Origin: Candidatus Eiseniibacteriota bacterium
Lineage (GTDB): Bacteria > Eisenbacteria > RBG-16-71-46
Length of the DNA: 64,000 bases
Direction: 5' to 3'
NCBI GenBank assembly: GCA_020847735.1
Contig: JADLBL010000024.1
Location: 69,355 to 133,354, forward strand
Shown piece by piece: positions 63,165 to 64,000 of the stretch. The notes under the pieces were generated by a model that searched no databases, was not told where the DNA came from, and saw only the letters and a program-made list of their open reading frames with translations. Numbering within the stretch: position 1 is the stretch's first letter; every line of letters begins with the position of its first letter. Both the position numbers and the translations under genes were made by a program.

Positions 63165-64000
63165 ATGCCCCGCGCCGCCGTCGCCCCGAACCGTCGCTCC
63201 GTTTCGAAGCGTGCCTCGACCCCGGCCCCCGCGCGTCGTCCGGTCCTGAAGGTCGTGCCCGGTCGCAAGCCGGCCGCTCCCGCGCCCACCCCGGTGACCT
63301 ACGGCAAGAACGACCTGCTCAAGCGTTTCGCGCCGCTGGTGCGGCACGTCGTCGAGCGCGTCGCCGCGACGCTGCCGCGCAACGTGGACCACGAGGATCT
63401 CTATTCGGCCGGCGTCCTGGGGCTGCTCGATGCCCACGAGAAGTTCGACACGGGCAAGGGCGTCAAGTTCGAGACCTACGCGGTCTGGCGCATCAAGGGC
63501 GCGGTGCTCGACCAGCTGCGCGCACTCGACTGGGCTTCGCGCTCCATGCGCCGCAAGGCGCGCAACCTCGACGGCGTGACCCGCAAGCTCGACCAGAAGC
63601 TCGGGCGGGCCGCGTCGGAGGACGAGGTCGCGCGCGAGCTCAAGATGTCGCGCGACGAGTTCTACCGCCTGCTCGACCACGTGCGCGGCGCGGTGCTGGT
63701 CTCCCTCGACGAGTCGCGTTCCAACGACGGCGAGGACCAGGGCACGCTCGCCGATCACCTCGCGGACCCCAACGCCGAGGACCACGAGGCGGCGCTCGAG
63801 GATCGCCAGCAGCGCCAGGTCATGCTGAACACGATCGACCATCTTCCCGAACAGGAACGCCTGGTGGTCGCGCTGTACTACTACGAGCACCTGACGCTCA
63901 AGGAGATCGGGCGGACGCTCGGCATTTCCGAGTCGCGGGTCTCGCAGGTCCACACCCGGGCGATGAGCCGGCTGCGCCTGCGCCTGCAGAAGGCGATGAC
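63165..64000 (+). CDS. fliA: Flagellar-type RNA polymerase sigma factor sigma28 (FliA/WhiG); 3-prime end outside window
   Basis: My own translation from ATG 63165 (RBS AGGAGG 8 nt upstream) is open to the window end. Region 2 reads FETYAVWRIKGAVLDQLR and region 4 reads LVVALYYYEHLTLKEIGRTLGISESRVSQVHTRAMSRLR. It is absent from the ORF track because no stop is reached. Confidence 0.9.
   Translation, partial: MPRAAVAPNRRSVSKRASTPAPARRPVLKVVPGRKPAAPAPTPVTYGKNDLLKRFAPLVRHVVERVAATLPRNVDHEDLYSAGVLGLLDAHEKFDTGKGVKFETYAVWRIKGAVLDQLRALDWASRSMRRKARNLDGVTRKLDQKLGRAASEDEVARELKMSRDEFYRLLDHVRGAVLVSLDESRSNDGEDQGTLADHLADPNAEDHEAALEDRQQRQVMLNTIDHLPEQERLVVALYYYEHLTLKEIGRTLGISESRVSQVHTRAMSRLRLRLQKAM

Noticed and set aside
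63150-63953. A minus-strand 267-aa ORF at the right end of the window.
   Set aside because: It is the antisense of a clear FliA/sigma28 coding sequence on the plus strand, whose regions 2 and 4 are readily recognisable.
1-64000. A search by eye for rRNA, tRNA, transposase, integrase, phage, toxin-antitoxin or known defence-system genes.
   Set aside because: None was recognised. All intergenic gaps are short (under 330 nt) and lack tRNA-like cloverleaf candidates. The MITE-like element has no cognate transposase here.

Overview
This is very GC-rich bacterial chromosomal DNA (roughly 70 percent by eye), almost entirely coding and strongly strand-polarised. Bases 2-44921 carry about 38 co-directional plus-strand genes. 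In order the window contains:
1. The 3-prime part of a DUF2723/TPR GT-C glycosyltransferase gene.
2. A 272-bp nested-palindrome, TA-flanked MITE-like element sitting exactly between that stop codon and the next RBS.
3. A ~24-kb, 20-gene surface-glycan/glycosylation supra-operon (2047-26210). It has two polyprenyl-phosphate-sugar synthases, several polytopic GT-C/YfhO enzymes, many GT2/GT4 enzymes, a Wzx flippase, AsnB, a heptose-type sugar activation pair and a FemAB-like gene.
4. An intrinsic terminator, a sigma70-type promoter and phased G-rich repeats, followed by a complete dcw cluster: mraZ-[STAS gene]-rsmH-ftsL-ftsI-murE-murF-mraY-murD-ftsW-murG-murC-ftsQ-ftsA-ftsZ, plus a TPR gene.
5. 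rpmB, recG and a zinc-ribbon protein.
6. A minus-strand acyltransferase / PimA-like GT4 / MFS operon.
7. A hypothetical gene, an MglA-type GTPase with a long Pro/Ala-rich tail, a small secreted protein and an orphan trpA.
8. A PDZ-polytopic-PP2C phosphatase.
9. A flagellar-type regulatory island. It comprises a sigma28-type promoter-csrA-flgM-terminator unit, a PAS histidine kinase plus sigma54 activator, a sigma54 promoter, an atypical (Asp->Glu) receiver, a stand-alone sigma region-4 protein, a small ORF, flhG and fliA. fliA is 3-prime truncated and is absent from the ORF track because it has no stop in the window.
No rRNA, tRNA, CRISPR array, transposase or phage gene was recognised. Most long ORFs in the supplied track are Arg/Ala/Gly/Pro-rich, antisense or out of frame, and are artefacts of stop-codon-poor GC-rich DNA. 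Gene starts were re-set using 4-nt ATGA/GTGA overlaps, RBS position and the N-termini expected for each family. All product calls rest on motif recognition by eye, not on database searches.
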